Origin: an uncultured Verrucomicrobiae bacterium
GTDB taxonomy: Bacteria > Verrucomicrobiota > Verrucomicrobiia > Chthoniobacterales > UBA10450
NCBI GenBank assembly: GCA_963772365.1
Contig: CAVYXA010000003.1
Coordinates: 480,001 to 544,000, forward strand
Length of the DNA stretch: 64,000 bases
Direction of reading: 5' to 3'
Shown: positions 37,957-54,000 of the stretch, in pieces
Layout of the letters: every line of letters begins with the position of its first letter
How positions within the stretch are numbered: position 1 is the first letter of the stretch
Notes under the pieces: generated by a model
What the model was told of the DNA's origin: nothing
Databases searched by the model: none
What the model saw: the letters and a program-made list of their open reading frames with translations, nothing else
Made by a program: the position numbers and the translations under genes

Positions 37957-39987
37957 ATGCCTCAATCAGATCGCAACTCTCAACGGGAGAATAAATCCCG
38001 TGGCAACGAGCCCAATTTCAATTGGCGCGGCGTGGTCTTGATTGCCATCGCCTTCGGCTTCATTGCCCTCGCCATGCTGTTTTATCGACAAGGCATGCAG
38101 GCTGTCGAAGATGTACCGTATAATCGGTTTCTCGAGCTGCTGGATAACAAACAGATCGACAAAAGTTCGCCGCTCACCCTCGTGGTCGAGGAAGGTCGGC
38201 CGACGCAGACTTTGCGCGGCGTTTACATTCATCCCGGCTCCGGCTCGGCCGCTTCGGAAAAGGTCCCATTTCGCACCACGGTTTACCTGAGTTTCACCAA
38301 TAATTTGCAGGAGAAACTTGCCGCCGCCGGGCTGCAACCGGCCATTAAAACGGAATCGAATGTTTTGGCCCAAACTGTGATCGGGTTTCTGCCCATCGCG
38401 CTGTTCCTGCTCGTGCTGTATTTTCTATTCCGTCAGCAAATCCGTATGGCAGGCAAAGGCGCGCTCAATTTCGGCAAATCGAAGGCGCGAATGCTGGCGC
38501 GCGACAAAAATAAAATCACGTTTCGCGATGTCGCCGGAGTCGAGGAAGCGAAAGACGAAGTGCAGGAACTTGTCGAATTCCTACGCGATCCAAAGAAATT
38601 TCAAAAGCTCGGCGGGCGGATTCCAAAAGGCGTTTTGTTAGTCGGTCCTCCGGGAACGGGCAAAACCTTGCTTGCCCGCGCGATCGCCGGCGAAGCGGAT
38701 GTCCCGTTCTTCTCCATTAGCGGCTCAGATTTTGTGGAGATGTTTGTCGGTGTCGGCGCCAGCCGTGTGCGCGACATGTTCGAGCAAGGCAAGAAATCCG
38801 CGCCTTGCATCATTTTCATCGACGAGATCGATGCCGTCGGTCGCCATCGCGGGCACGGTGTCGGGGGCGGCCACGATGAGCGCGAGCAAACACTGAATGC
38901 GTTGCTGGTCGAGATGGATGGATTCGACACGCAAGAGGGCGTGATCATCATTGCCGCCACGAATCGTCCCGATGTTCTCGATCCTGCCTTGCTCCGCCCC
39001 GGACGTTTCGATCGACAGATCACCGTCAATCTGCCCGACGTGAAAGGGCGCGAAGAAATTTTGCGGGTCCACGCCAAGAAAGTAAAACTCGCCGAAGGCG
39101 TCGATCTTGCCGTGGTGGCCCGCGGCACGCCCGGTTATTCCGGCGCGGAGCTGGCGAATGTGATCAATGAAGCGGCATTGCTCGCTGCTCGCCGCGGATT
39201 GAAAGGAATTACGCTGGCTGAATTGGAAGAAGCGCGCGACAAAGTTCGCTGGGGCAAGGAACGCCGTAGTCTCGCGTTGAGCGAAAAGGAAAAACAAAAC
39301 ACGGCGTATCACGAAGCAGGTCACGCATTGTTGCTCGAGCTATTGCCGCATACCGAACCGCTCCACAAAGTGACCATCATTCCGCGTGGTCCCTCGTTAG
39401 GATCGACAATGTGGTTGCCGGAGGAAGATAAATACACCAATCGCAAGAACGAATTGCTGGCCAGCCTGGCGGTGAAAATGGGCGGGCGCGTCGCCGAGGA
39501 AATCACGTTTGGCGACGTGACTAATGGCGCCGCCGGCGACATCAAGATGGCTACGGCCATGGCCCGCAAGATGATTTGCGAATGGGGCATGAGCGAACGA
39601 CTCGGCATGGTCGAATACGGTGAGCACGAAGATTACGTTTTCCTCGGTCGCGACATTTCCCGGGCACGCGATTACAGCGAAGCCACCGCCCAGGAGATCG
39701 ATCAGGAAGTGCGACGGCTCCTCGATGAGGCGTATCAACAAGCCAAGCAAACCCTGATTGCTCATCGGCAGACGCTCGATACGATTGCCAGAGCGCTGCT
39801 CGATTACGAAACCCTCGACGGTTCCCAGATTAAAGAAATTGTCCAGCATGGCCGACTCATCAATCCGCCCGGCCCGCCGCCGCCGGTCGGTCCGAAGATG
39901 CAGCCCGAAAAACCGCCCAAACAAGTCGTGATCGGACCCGATGTCGCCCCGCCGCTTCCTGGCGCCCTTGGCGGCGCCCCGGCGTAA
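37957..39987 (+). CDS. ftsH: ATP-dependent zinc metalloprotease FtsH
   Basis: [28 protein letters not shown]. Confidence 0.98.
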   Translation: MPQSDRNSQRENKSRGNEPNFNWRGVVLIAIAFGFIALAMLFYRQGMQAVEDVPYNRFLELLDNKQIDKSSPLTLVVEEGRPTQTLRGVYIHPGSGSAASEKVPFRTTVYLSFTNNLQEKLAAAGLQPAIKTESNVLAQTVIGFLPIALFLLVLYFLFRQQIRMAGKGALNFGKSKARMLARDKNKITFRDVAGVEEAKDEVQELVEFLRDPKKFQKLGGRIPKGVLLVGPPGTGKTLLARAIAGEADVPFFSISGSDFVEMFVGVGASRVRDMFEQGKKSAPCIIFIDEIDAVGRHRGHGVGGGHDEREQTLNALLVEMDGFDTQEGVIIIAATNRPDVLDPALLRPGRFDRQITVNLPDVKGREEILRVHAKKVKLAEGVDLAVVARGTPGYSGAELANVINEAALLAARRGLKGITLAELEEARDKVRWGKERRSLALSEKEKQNTAYHEAGHALLLELLPHTEPLHKVTIIPRGPSLGSTMWLPEEDKYTNRKNELLASLAVKMGGRVAEEITFGDVTNGAAGDIKMATAMARKMICEWGMSERLGMVEYGEHEDYVFLGRDISRARDYSEATAQEIDQEVRRLLDEAYQQAKQTLIAHRQTLDTIARALLDYETLDGSQIKEIVQHGRLINPPGPPPPVGPKMQPEKPPKQVVIGPDVAPPLPGALGGAPA

Positions 39988-40079
39988 TTCGGGACTTTTT
40001 CGTCTAATTCCTCAGAACGGCGTCAACTCATTCCTCGGTCGCCGAAAGTGTAGTGTCGGTTCATCTGAATCGCCCCGCC

Positions 40080-44133
<4,054 letters not shown>

Positions 44134-44203
44134 TTGCCTTAGATAAGCGCACTTGCCCATACTGCTACGATTTAACGTAAAGACTTAACCGAAAGGAACA
44201 TCT

Positions 44204-44350
44204 ATGCTTTGGACTATCTTCATCATCCTGCTCGTGCTGTGGCTGCTTGGTCTTGTTAGTGGTTACACCCTTGGCAACTTCATCTGGCTCCTGCTCGTTT
44301 TGGCGATCGTGGTGCTGATTATTCAGTTGATTCAAGGCCGGCGTCCATAA
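44204..44350 (+). CDS. Small membrane protein, lmo0937/DUF5670-like (48 aa)
   Basis: GAAAGGA RBS; MLWTIFIILLVLWLLGLVSGYTLGNFIWLLLVLAIVVLIIQLIQGRRP; below the ORF-track cutoff. Confidence 0.85.
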   Translation: MLWTIFIILLVLWLLGLVSGYTLGNFIWLLLVLAIVVLIIQLIQGRRP

Positions 44351-44360
44351 GACTGCGCAA

Positions 44361-44591
44361 ATGAAACCAACCGGAATTATCGGAATCATTCTGATCGTCG
44401 CTGGCATCATCATCCTTGCCTATGGATGGTTGGGCTCAGTCAACTACACAACTAAGGAGAATGTGGCGAAGCTCGGCCCGCTGGAAGTGAACAAGGAGAA
44501 CAAACACCAGGTGCCAGTCGGCCCGATTGCGGGCGGAGTTTGTCTCGCCGGGGGAATTATCCTCGTGCTTGCCGGCGGCCGAAAGAGCTAA
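44361..44591 (+). CDS. Small membrane protein (DUF3185-like)
   Basis: Two TM segments flanking YTTKENVAKLGPLEV. Confidence 0.75.
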   Translation: MKPTGIIGIILIVAGIIILAYGWLGSVNYTTKENVAKLGPLEVNKENKHQVPVGPIAGGVCLAGGIILVLAGGRKS

Positions 44592-46051
44592 CCGTCTGCT
44601 TTCAAAACTGCGAAGGTCTTGCTGCCTTTGCGGTCGAGATATAGCAGCACGCCGCGTTTCGGATCGGCTTTGTTGAGAGCGGCGCGAAAACTGGCCACAT
44701 CCGTGACCGGATTACCATCGACTTCGGTCACGACGTCTTCGCGTTGGATGTCCTGCCTCGCGGCGATGCTATCATCGCTCACATCTGTGACAATGACGCC
44801 CTGCTTTACGCCGAGATGCAGCCGATCGGCGACTTCCTTGCTCAAATCCTGCACTTGCAATCCAAATTTGCCCAAATCCTCCGGTTTCGGCTGGGGAGGC
44901 TGAACGGGTTCGTTCGAGACTCGGGAGATTTCGCTTGGCAATTCGCCGGTTTTGACCGGGATCTTTACGGTCTGCCCTTTTCGCCAAACCGTTAATTGAA
45001 CGGTCTGGCCGATTTTCTTTTTCAAAATCTCATGCTGAAGCTGCGTGTCGCTTTCCACGGCTGAACCGTCGACCTGCGTGATCACGTCGAACGGTCGCAA
45101 GTCGCTCCTGCTTGCCGGGGCGTCCGATTCAATCGTTCGCACGACTACGCCTTTGTCGGCGCCTTTGAACAGATCGCGAATCGATGGATCGTCGCCGAGT
45201 GTTTCAATGCGAATCCCCAGCCAGGGACGCGTAATTTTTTTTCCAACGATAAGCTGATCGCCGATTTCGCGGGCCATATTGATCGGAATCGCGAACCCGA
45301 GACCGCGATTGATCCCGTTGATGAGGGTGTTCATGCCGATCACTTTGCCGTCGATATCGCAAAGCGGACCGCCACTGTTTCCCGGGTTGATCGACGCGTC
45401 GGTTTGGATGTAATCCGAGATCGAGTAGCCCCCGGTCGCGATCAGTTTGCTCCGACCCGTGCCGCTCACTACTCCGTAGGTAAATGTGTAATCCAGTCTG
45501 TAGGGCGCGCCGATTGCGAAAGCGAATTGGCCGACGCGAACAGCATCGCTATCGCCTAACTGCACGGTGGGAAGATCTTTGGCGTCGATCTTGATTACCG
45601 CGATATCCGTCTTTTCATCCGTGCCGGTTACCTTTGCCAGAAATGAGCGACCATCTCTCAGCTTTACGTCTATTTTATCGGCGCCTTCGACGACGTGAAA
45701 GTTCGTGAAGATATAGCCATCGGGCCGCACGATGAATCCCGATCCTTCGCTTTGAATCGGTTGTAACCTGTGCGGATTTCGATGCGGATTGGTTTCATCC
45801 GGCGTGCCTTGGAAAAACAGATCGTCAAAGGGCGAGCCTTCGCTGCCGTCGTTCGCTTTTGAGACTTCAATGATCACGACACTGGGAGCGACAACATCGA
45901 AAACCCTGGCGAACGCATTGTTGAGTTGATGGACGACGTCTTTGCCGGCTTCGGCAGCGGCGGGATTGGGTGGGGAAGTTTCCGGAGTGGCGGCGAAGAT
46001 CGACACTACGCCTGCAATCATTAACGAAATCAAAATTGAAAATAAGCGCAT
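44588..46051 (-). CDS. Do/DegQ family serine endoprotease, two PDZ domains
   Basis: Intact triad: TNFHVV, KTDIAVIK, INPGNSGGP. Confidence 0.93.
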   Translation of the reverse strand: MRLFSILISLMIAGVVSIFAATPETSPPNPAAAEAGKDVVHQLNNAFARVFDVVAPSVVIIEVSKANDGSEGSPFDDLFFQGTPDETNPHRNPHRLQPIQSEGSGFIVRPDGYIFTNFHVVEGADKIDVKLRDGRSFLAKVTGTDEKTDIAVIKIDAKDLPTVQLGDSDAVRVGQFAFAIGAPYRLDYTFTYGVVSGTGRSKLIATGGYSISDYIQTDASINPGNSGGPLCDIDGKVIGMNTLINGINRGLGFAIPINMAREIGDQLIVGKKITRPWLGIRIETLGDDPSIRDLFKGADKGVVVRTIESDAPASRSDLRPFDVITQVDGSAVESDTQLQHEILKKKIGQTVQLTVWRKGQTVKIPVKTGELPSEISRVSNEPVQPPQPKPEDLGKFGLQVQDLSKEVADRLHLGVKQGVIVTDVSDDSIAARQDIQREDVVTEVDGNPVTDVASFRAALNKADPKRGVLLYLDRKGSKTFAVLKADG

Positions 46052-46245
46052 GCTGTTGGGAACTTGGACAGCAGCCACTGTGCTACGTTCAAGCCCGCCT
46101 GTCCAACACGTCAGACCATCTGAGTGGCCGCAGTTTTTCAATCGCTCTTATTGATGAACGTTTCTGACATGTGCGCCGCGCACCGCCGAGTGCCTGCGTT
46201 GACACGAATCTTAAGCATCTTAGCGTTTTTGTCCTTATCACAGAA

Positions 46246-47451
46246 ATGGACACGTCTGAATCAGGGAAGGGAAATGGGAAAGAGTTCGTCTCGCATTCGC
46301 CCGGCTATTGGCCCGATGTCGCGGCGGAACTCTGGAACAACTGGAAATGGCAGCTCCAAAATCGCGTCACATCGCTCGCTCAGTTGGAGAAATATGTCCG
46401 TCTGAGCGATGAGGAGCGCAGTGGGGTGTTGCTTTCCGGCGATAAACTTGCGCTCGCGGTCACTCCGCATTTTTTCAACCTGATTCCGGCGGGCAATCCG
46501 GACGATCCAATCCGCCGCCAGGTCATTCCCCGCATCGAAGAAACTTGGTCGTCGCCCTACGATATGGCCGACCCATGCGGCGAAGATTCGCATATGCCCG
46601 TGCCGGGCTTAGTGCATCGATATCCGGATCGGGTGCTGTTTCTGGTGACCGATCGTTGTGCGAGTTACTGCCGATATTGCACCCGGAGCCGTGTGGTCAG
46701 CGGAGTCGGCGAACAGGAATTGCACACGGATTTCGAGGAAGCGTTTCGTTATCTCGAACAACACACCGAAGTGCGCGACGTGCTGTTGAGCGGCGGCGAT
46801 GCCCTGATTTTCTCCGATGATAAGATCGACAAGCTGCTGTCCCGGCTGCGGGCGATCAAACACATCGAGTTTCTCCGCATCGGCACGCGTGTTCCGATTT
46901 TTCTGCCGCAACGGATAACGCCCGAGCTATGCGCAATTTTAGCCAAGCATCATCCGCTTTGGATGAGCGTTCACGTGAATCATCCACGCGAGCTGACCAT
47001 CGAAGTGAAAGAAGCGCTCGAGCGTTTGGCCAATGCGGGCGTTCCGCTCGGAAATCAAAGCGTGTTGCTCGCCGGCGTGAACGACGATCTGGAGACAATG
47101 AAAACGCTCGTTCACAAACTTCTCATGTGTCGTGTTCGGCCGTATTACATCTACCAGTGCGATCTCATCAACGGTTCGTCACATCTGCGCACGTCGGTCG
47201 CGAAAGGCATCGAGATCATCGAAGGCCTGCGCGGTCACACTACCGGTTACGCCGTGCCGCAGTTCGTCATTGACGCTCCTGGCGGCGGCGGCAAAGTCCC
47301 GGTCAATCCGGGCTACGTTCTGTATCACGACAACGAAAAAATCGTCATCCGCAATTACGAAGGCAAAATCTTCGAGTATCCCGAAACAGGAAACGAAAAC
47401 GTCCAGTTCGCGCCTCAGCGCGAATATCACGACGAGTATTTGTATTCGTAG
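46246..47451 (+). CDS. KamA family radical SAM protein (lysine 2,3-aminomutase-like)
   Basis: HRYPDRVL, CASYCRYC, NQSVLL, DAPGGGGK; TTGACA-16-TAGCGT upstream. Confidence 0.9.
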   Translation: MDTSESGKGNGKEFVSHSPGYWPDVAAELWNNWKWQLQNRVTSLAQLEKYVRLSDEERSGVLLSGDKLALAVTPHFFNLIPAGNPDDPIRRQVIPRIEETWSSPYDMADPCGEDSHMPVPGLVHRYPDRVLFLVTDRCASYCRYCTRSRVVSGVGEQELHTDFEEAFRYLEQHTEVRDVLLSGGDALIFSDDKIDKLLSRLRAIKHIEFLRIGTRVPIFLPQRITPELCAILAKHHPLWMSVHVNHPRELTIEVKEALERLANAGVPLGNQSVLLAGVNDDLETMKTLVHKLLMCRVRPYYIYQCDLINGSSHLRTSVAKGIEIIEGLRGHTTGYAVPQFVIDAPGGGGKVPVNPGYVLYHDNEKIVIRNYEGKIFEYPETGNENVQFAPQREYHDEYLYS

Positions 47452-47491
47452 ATTGTCGATCTTAGCCGCCAATTTTGCGAATGGAGCTGAT

Positions 47492-47580
47492 TGGAGGGAT
47501 CGGCTTCTCCGAAGACGATGGTAGAACAAGTGGGGCGGTGTCGCCTGAATGAGCAGCGCATTGGGACAACGCGTTCCACC
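47492..47580. repeat. Degenerate REP-like remnants between convergent genes
   Basis: GGTAGAAC ... GCATTGGGACAACGCGTTCCACC imperfect inverted ends. Confidence 0.35.
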
Positions 47581-47623
47581 TCCGGAGCGTCCCGCCTATT
47601 GGGCTAAGATCGTCACTTACAAA

Positions 47624-48097
47624 TCAGTGCACGGTCACTGTTGCTTCCATCCCTTTGTTGCGATGCCCATCCAACGGGCAAAAAACGGTGTAGCTCCCAT
47701 CCTCAAGGGTGATATGCAAAACCTTGGTTTGCCCTGGTGAGAGGTTGTTGAGAAACTTTTTATCCACGCCCTGACCTTGAATCTCGAAATTATGCTTTCT
47801 CTTGCTGGCGTCCTTTACCACGAACGCCGTTTTTCCCGATTTCAGGTGGGTCGGCATATCGATGTGATAATCCGTCAGAGTCACATCAACACGACGCGCT
47901 TCCGGATCTGGTGTGAACACATCGGCCACGGTTTCTACTGCTTCCTTGGTATGTCTCACCGCCGCTTGACCGACGTGTTTCGCCGTCTCGGCGGCAGTGG
48001 CGGCTGCTCTGGCTGCCTTTGCAGGAATGTCCTCCTGCGCATTGATTACGCCGATGGAGATCGCGCCGGCGACAACTACAGAAATGAATGTCTTCAT
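47624..48097 (-). CDS. Exported cupredoxin-domain protein
   Basis: Signal peptide, KHNFEI, YTVFCPLDGHRNKGM (type 1 Cu ligands H, C, H, M). Confidence 0.85.
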   Translation of the reverse strand: MKTFISVVVAGAISIGVINAQEDIPAKAARAAATAAETAKHVGQAAVRHTKEAVETVADVFTPDPEARRVDVTLTDYHIDMPTHLKSGKTAFVVKDASKRKHNFEIQGQGVDKKFLNNLSPGQTKVLHITLEDGSYTVFCPLDGHRNKGMEATVTVH

Positions 48098-48159
48098 AAC
48101 TAACTACAGTTCGTCCCGCACTATTCCCTCGCGCGTGTAAGGTTCGGTGAACGATTGCG

Positions 48160-49986
48160 TTGTCCGCTCAATCGGGTGATTTACTTACAGTGGAACCCAA
48201 AGCCGATGCCGCCGCAAAGGAAGGAATGCGGCCGCAAGTGCTGCGTTTGCTCAAGCTTTGGATTTGGTTCAAGCAGGCTTTCCAGCCTACAGAGCTCCAA
48301 CGCACTCTGGCTTGGGCGGGTGCGATTGGGTTTTTAGGAGCAACCTCGTCCATCCTGTTTCGGCTGGCCGCAGGGTTCGTGCACAATCTGGTGACCGGAA
48401 CTGCCACTGCCGGAATGGTGGAAACATTTGCCCGGTTACCACTGTGGCAACGGTTGATCACTCCCGCGATCGGCGGTCTTCTCGCCGGGCTGGCGATTTT
48501 TATAGGGATGCGCTGGCGCAGCCAGTTGAAAACAACCGACTACATGGAAGCTATCGTCTTGGGCGACGGCAAAATCTCCGCATCGCGAAGTATCGTGAAA
48601 TCCATCTCCGCGATGTTCAGCGTCGCCTCCGGTGGATCGATCGGTCGCGAGGGCCCAATGGTGCAGCTCTCATCGTTGATCGCATCATTGATTGGGCGGG
48701 CACGCAACTGGTCAACGCCGCGAATGCGTCTACTAGTCGGTTGTGGCGCCGCTGCGGGTATTGCTTCCGCATATAATGCTCCGATCGCGGGCGCGCTATT
48801 CGTTGCCGAGATAGTGATGTCGTCGCTGGCCATGGAAATTTTTGGCCCGCTGGTCTTCGCATCAGTCATCGCGACGCTGACTGTGCGCGGCTTCCTCGGG
48901 CGCGATCCGCTTTACGACGTGCCGGCATTTCGGATGAGTTCGACGTGGGAGATTATTCCCCACATGGTTCTTGGTTTGTTCGCTGGTTTTCTAGGGCCGT
49001 GGTTCCTCCGCTTTCTGGAATTGGGCGAACGATTGTTCCTGCGGCTGAGCATCCCCGTCTTTGTACGAATGACGATTGGCGGACTCATTGTGGGCGCATT
49101 GGCCATTCGCTATCCGGAAGTTTGCGGCAACGGCTACAGCACCATCAGCGGCATTCTTTCTGGCCAATGGCTCTGGCAAAGCATTGCCCTGATCTTGATT
49201 TTCAAAGTGATTGCCACCGGCGCGACATTTGGCTCGGGAGCGGTGGGTGGTGTTTTTACTCCCACACTGTTTGTGGGAGCGTGTCTGGGCTATCTCTTTG
49301 GAACCGTCGTTCCCGGCATTGGTCCTTTCCATCCGAACCCGATCGCGTTTGCCTTGGTGGGAATGGGAGCATTTCTATCTGCCACGACTCATGCTCCCAT
49401 CATGGCCATTCTGATGATCTTCGAAATGACACTCGATTACGAAATCATCCTGCCGCTGATGCTTGCCTGCGTAACGGCTTATTACACTTCATTCAGCATC
49501 GAGAAGCGCTCGATCTACAGCGAATCGCTGAAACGAAAAGGCGCAGGCACGTTTCGCAGCCGGTTGAGAGAACTCGAAGTGCGAGAAGTCATGACGCCAG
49601 ATCCAATCACGGTATCGCCAAAGGCGCGGTTCGGCGAGATTGGGGAGAAATTTATCGCTAATCGGTTCAATTATCTTTATGTCGCCGACAAAGGCCGCTT
49701 TCTCGGGGCAATTTCGTTGCACGACATCAAGAATTTTCTAAACACGCCGGAGCTGGCCAAGCTGGTCATTGCCCGCGATATCATGCGGGACAAATTTCCG
49801 AAAGTTCAACCCGGCGCGACTCTGAACCAGGCGCTCACTGTGTTCGCTCACCACGATGGGGAACGTCTGCCCGTGGTGGAGGATTCGGCTACGCCGCGAT
49901 TGCTCGGCAGTATTTCCAAGACCGACGTGATCCTCACACTCGCAGGCAAAGAATGGGAATTGGCAGCGTCATCCGCCGATCGGTAA
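48160..49986 (+). CDS. ClcB-like CLC family chloride channel with CBS pair (start uncertain)
   Basis: GSIGREGP, AYNAPIAG, GGVFTPTL, two CBS domains. Confidence 0.92.
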   Translation: MSAQSGDLLTVEPKADAAAKEGMRPQVLRLLKLWIWFKQAFQPTELQRTLAWAGAIGFLGATSSILFRLAAGFVHNLVTGTATAGMVETFARLPLWQRLITPAIGGLLAGLAIFIGMRWRSQLKTTDYMEAIVLGDGKISASRSIVKSISAMFSVASGGSIGREGPMVQLSSLIASLIGRARNWSTPRMRLLVGCGAAAGIASAYNAPIAGALFVAEIVMSSLAMEIFGPLVFASVIATLTVRGFLGRDPLYDVPAFRMSSTWEIIPHMVLGLFAGFLGPWFLRFLELGERLFLRLSIPVFVRMTIGGLIVGALAIRYPEVCGNGYSTISGILSGQWLWQSIALILIFKVIATGATFGSGAVGGVFTPTLFVGACLGYLFGTVVPGIGPFHPNPIAFALVGMGAFLSATTHAPIMAILMIFEMTLDYEIILPLMLACVTAYYTSFSIEKRSIYSESLKRKGAGTFRSRLRELEVREVMTPDPITVSPKARFGEIGEKFIANRFNYLYVADKGRFLGAISLHDIKNFLNTPELAKLVIARDIMRDKFPKVQPGATLNQALTVFAHHDGERLPVVEDSATPRLLGSISKTDVILTLAGKEWELAASSADR

Positions 49987-50299
49987 GATGGATCTTTTCA
50001 GTTCCAGACTTGACGAGGCGGCAAAGTTTTGACGTGATCGATTTTGCCAAGCGCTCACTTTTTGCTATCGGAATTTGTGGCCGCACCGTTTTTGTAGAAT
50101 CGACATGGAATTTTCTGATCACGAATTTTAAATTTTATTTTGCCCTTGCGCGGTGGTTCCATAAAATCCCGCCAGCCCCTCGGACGCAGTATTAACCTTA
50201 ACCCTTCGCAACGTCTGAACAGCGCACATCCTGATTGCAGTTTTGATTCATTCCTAGGCTGGCCGCTGTGGCCGGATGGCGGTCTCGCTGCCTGAGCCT

Positions 50300-51025
50300 A
50301 TGGCGAACTTCTTTCCGCGCTGGTGCAATTGGCTGCCATTCAAAATGGCGATCTGCGGCACTCTCCTTGTTTGCGCGTTGACCGGTGCAACCTGGTATTA
50401 CGCCACCGGCAAATACACGAAAGTTGGCTATCAGCCAATTCAGCCGGTGCCGTTTCCGCATGATATCCATGTCACGCAATTGGGAATGGATTGCCGGTAC
50501 TGTCACAGCTTTGTCGAAGTTACGGCTCAATCGAATATCCCAACTACGCAGACGTGTATGAACTGCCATTCGCAGGTGCAAAAGGACAACCCGAAGCTGG
50601 AGCCAGTGAGAGCGAGTTGGAAGAGCGGCCAACCGATCGAGTGGGTGCACATTCACCTGCCGCCGGATTACGTCTTCTACAACCACGCGGCCCACGTGAA
50701 TCGCGGGATCAGTTGTTTCAGCTGCCACGGACCAGTGAACCACATGCCGGTCGTGTATGACGCAAAGCCTTTCACGATGGCGTGGTGCTTGGATTGCCAT
50801 CGGCACCCGCAAAATTTCTTGCGGCCGCAGGAACAGGTTTTCAATCTGGATTGGAAACCGAGTGATGTGCAACCGGCCGATTTCGTGGCCAAATACGGAA
50901 ATCCAAGCGGTGTAACGGAAGATTGGAGTAAGAAAAAACATCTCACCCAGGAGGAGATTGGACGGACGCTGAAACAACGCTGGAACATTAAACCGCCGAC
51001 AAATTGCCAGGGGTGCCATCGATGA
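50300..51025 (+). CDS. actA: Alternative complex III pentahaem cytochrome c
   Basis: Five CxxCH motifs, QPVPFPH, N-terminal TM. Confidence 0.92.
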   Translation: MANFFPRWCNWLPFKMAICGTLLVCALTGATWYYATGKYTKVGYQPIQPVPFPHDIHVTQLGMDCRYCHSFVEVTAQSNIPTTQTCMNCHSQVQKDNPKLEPVRASWKSGQPIEWVHIHLPPDYVFYNHAAHVNRGISCFSCHGPVNHMPVVYDAKPFTMAWCLDCHRHPQNFLRPQEQVFNLDWKPSDVQPADFVAKYGNPSGVTEDWSKKKHLTQEEIGRTLKQRWNIKPPTNCQGCHR

Positions 51026-54000
51026 AGCGCGTTTTACATCATCCGCCTGAGCCGAACAGAGGGAAGCGTTATTGGCGCAGCCTCGATGAGCTGAGCAACA
51101 CGTCCGAGTTTCGTCACTGGCTGGAGCGGGAATTTCCGGACGGCGCAGCCGAGCTGGAAGGCGACGAATGGTCGCGTCGAAATTTTCTCAAACTAATGGG
51201 CGCATCGTTTGCCCTCGCCGGTTTTGGATTAACCAGTTGTCGCCGGCCGGAGATGCATCTGGTTCCATTCACCAAGAACGTCGAATGGACCATTCCTGGG
51301 AAACCGCTTTTCTACGCCACCGCAATGCCGCGCCGGAGCGGGGCGATTCCTCTTGTTGTTACCACCAACGATGGCCGGCCCACTAAGATCGACGGAAATC
51401 CGCTTCATCCAATCAGCGGAGGCGCGACTGACGCTTTTGCGCAGGCCTCGATTCTCGATCTTTACGATCCCACGCGTTCGCAGCGTTTTCTTCATAATGG
51501 AAAACCGGCGGATCGCGACTCATTTGATACATATCTGAAAAAGCTGCGCGAGAGCATCGCGGCTGATGGCGGCGCGGATGCCGCCTTTCTGGTCGAGGAA
51601 ACATATTCGCCCACTCGAGAACGGTTGCGAGGAGAACTGGAGAAAGCGTGGCCGAACATGAGCTGGTGTGTTTACGACCCACTCCTGAGCCAGGCCCAGA
51701 ATTCGGCTAACAACATTGGATTTGGGGCGCACTTGAATCTCGCACCGAAGCTCGATCGGGCGGATGTAATTTTCGCGTTGGACAGCGATTTTCTCGATTG
51801 CGGCCAGGGCGATCTCGCCGCGCTGCGCGCTTTTAGTTCTCGTCGCCGGGTCAGCTCGGCCAAAGACAGCATGAACCGGCTCTACGTCGTGGAGAATCGC
51901 TACACCCTGACCGGCGCCATGGCGGACCATCGATTGTCGTGTCCCGCGAGTCAGATCCCGTTATTCGCATATCTTCTGGCTGGCAAAATTGTTGCGGGGA
52001 CAAATGACGCGGCGCTCGGTTCATTCGTTTCATCGATACCAGCACCAAACGGTGGGACAGGCATCAACGAACAATGGGTCACCGAAGCGGCAAATGATCT
52101 CTTGTCGAAGCCGGGGGCGAGTCTGGTCGTAGCTGGTCCGCATCAACCAGTGGCGGTGCAGCTTCTCGTTTATGCGATCAACTCCGCCCTGAAGAATATC
52201 GGGACAACACTGGTTGGCCGCAATGTCGCACGAAATCCGCGAACTCTGAGCATTCTGCAGTTGGCGAATGAGATCAATGAAGGCCGAGTCAAACGCCTTT
52301 TCATTTTCGGTGGAGATCCCGTTTACAACGCCTATCGAGGACTGGCGCAGGATAAACAGACCGGGCAACTTCTCGATTGGCTCGATTTGCAAAAAAAAGT
52401 GCCCGAGATCGTGCGCCTCGGCTATCACGTCGATCTGACATCCAGACTGAGTCATTGGCATGTGCCGGCGGCGCATTATTTGGAATCATGGGGTGATGCG
52501 CTCGCTGCGGATGGCAGCTTCTTGTCGATCCAACCAATGATTCTTCCGCTGTTCGGCGGTCTGTCGGAAATTGAATTGCTGAATGCTCTTCTGGGTGGGC
52601 CAAATCCGACCGGACCGGAACTGGTGCAGGAAACATTTCGCGCCACCAATCCGCCGGGGGATTTTGATACGGCCTGGTCAAACTTTTTGCGAGACGGATT
52701 TGCGCCGCACATCAAGAACCCGGAAGCAGCTCTTTCATTCAATTCCGGATCGGCTGGCGCTGCGCTCAAGGATTACAATCTTTGGAACCTGACGCCTGCA
52801 CCGAGTTTCGATTCACCTGAGATCGCGTTCGTGGGCAGCTACTCGATGGATGACGGCCGCTACACGAATAACGGGTGGCTTCAGGAGATGCCCGACCCGA
52901 TCACGAAATTGACTTGGGACAACGGTGCCATGATGAGTCCGACTTTCGCGAAACGACTCGGCGTCGAGACCGGCGATCTCGTGCAGATTACGGTTAGAGA
53001 GAAAGTGCCCGGCGGAAGCGAGCCCATCAAGCGTGAGCTGGTCATAGCTGCCCTGGTTTCGCCGGGACACGATGATGCATCGATCACAATTCCGCTCGGC
53101 TACGGCCGCAAATTACCCGAATTCGATACCCTTCCGTATGCCGGTGCGGAGGCTGCAAGTGGGTCGACGACCGAGAAGCAACGCGGTTTTAACGGCTATT
53201 TGTTGCGCGGAGCGCGAAATCCGCACTTCCTCATCGCTGATGGCGACCATATCGAAAGCGTAAAAGTTACAAAGGTTGGTCGCAGATATCCGCTCTCGAT
53301 CACCCAGGACCATTTCAGCATTGAAGGACGCGGTCTAGTCCGGGAAGCCACTCTGGAGCATTACCGGGCCGACCACGATTTCGTTCAAGAAGTCGAAGGC
53401 ATCATCGCAGAAGAACACCAACTGCCCACCATTTATACCCATCCGACAATGGATGCCCCGCAGCAGTGGGGAATGGCTGTCGATCTTAACGTCTGCACCG
53501 GTTGCAGCGCATGCGTGATTGCTTGTCAGGCGGAAAACAATATCCCGATCGTGGGCAAGCTTCAGGTCAGTCACGGCCGTGCCATGCACTGGATGCGGAT
53601 CGATCGATATTACGCCAGCGCGAAGCCATTCAATCAGGATAATGGTGAGTGGCCGCAGCACCCCGAGATCGTTCATCAACCGATGTTCTGTCAGCATTGC
53701 GAGAACGCGCCTTGCGAAACCGTGTGTCCGGTCAACGCCACGATTCACAGCGAAGATGGCTTGAACGTGATGGTTTATAATCGGTGTGTCGGAACCCGGT
53801 ATTGCGCCAATAACTGCCCATTCAAAGTGCGCCGGTTCAATTTCTTCGATTACAACCAGCGGCCGGTCGGCAAGAAGACAATCGCCGGCGAGTTTGGCAT
53901 CTACGCCGAATACATTGCTCCGTTCACCGATAAAGGCGCGCCCGATGTCGTGAAGATGCAGAAAAATCCGAATGTCACGGTTCGGATGCGCGGTGTGATG

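Noticed and set aside
46246..47451. Calling the radical SAM gene epmB or kamA
   Set aside because: No efp/epmA or lysine-fermentation neighbours; substrate cannot be assigned.
50029..50042. FNR-like box upstream of actA (TTGACGTGATCGAT)
   Set aside because: Spacing and right half-site do not fit TTGAT-N4-ATCAA.
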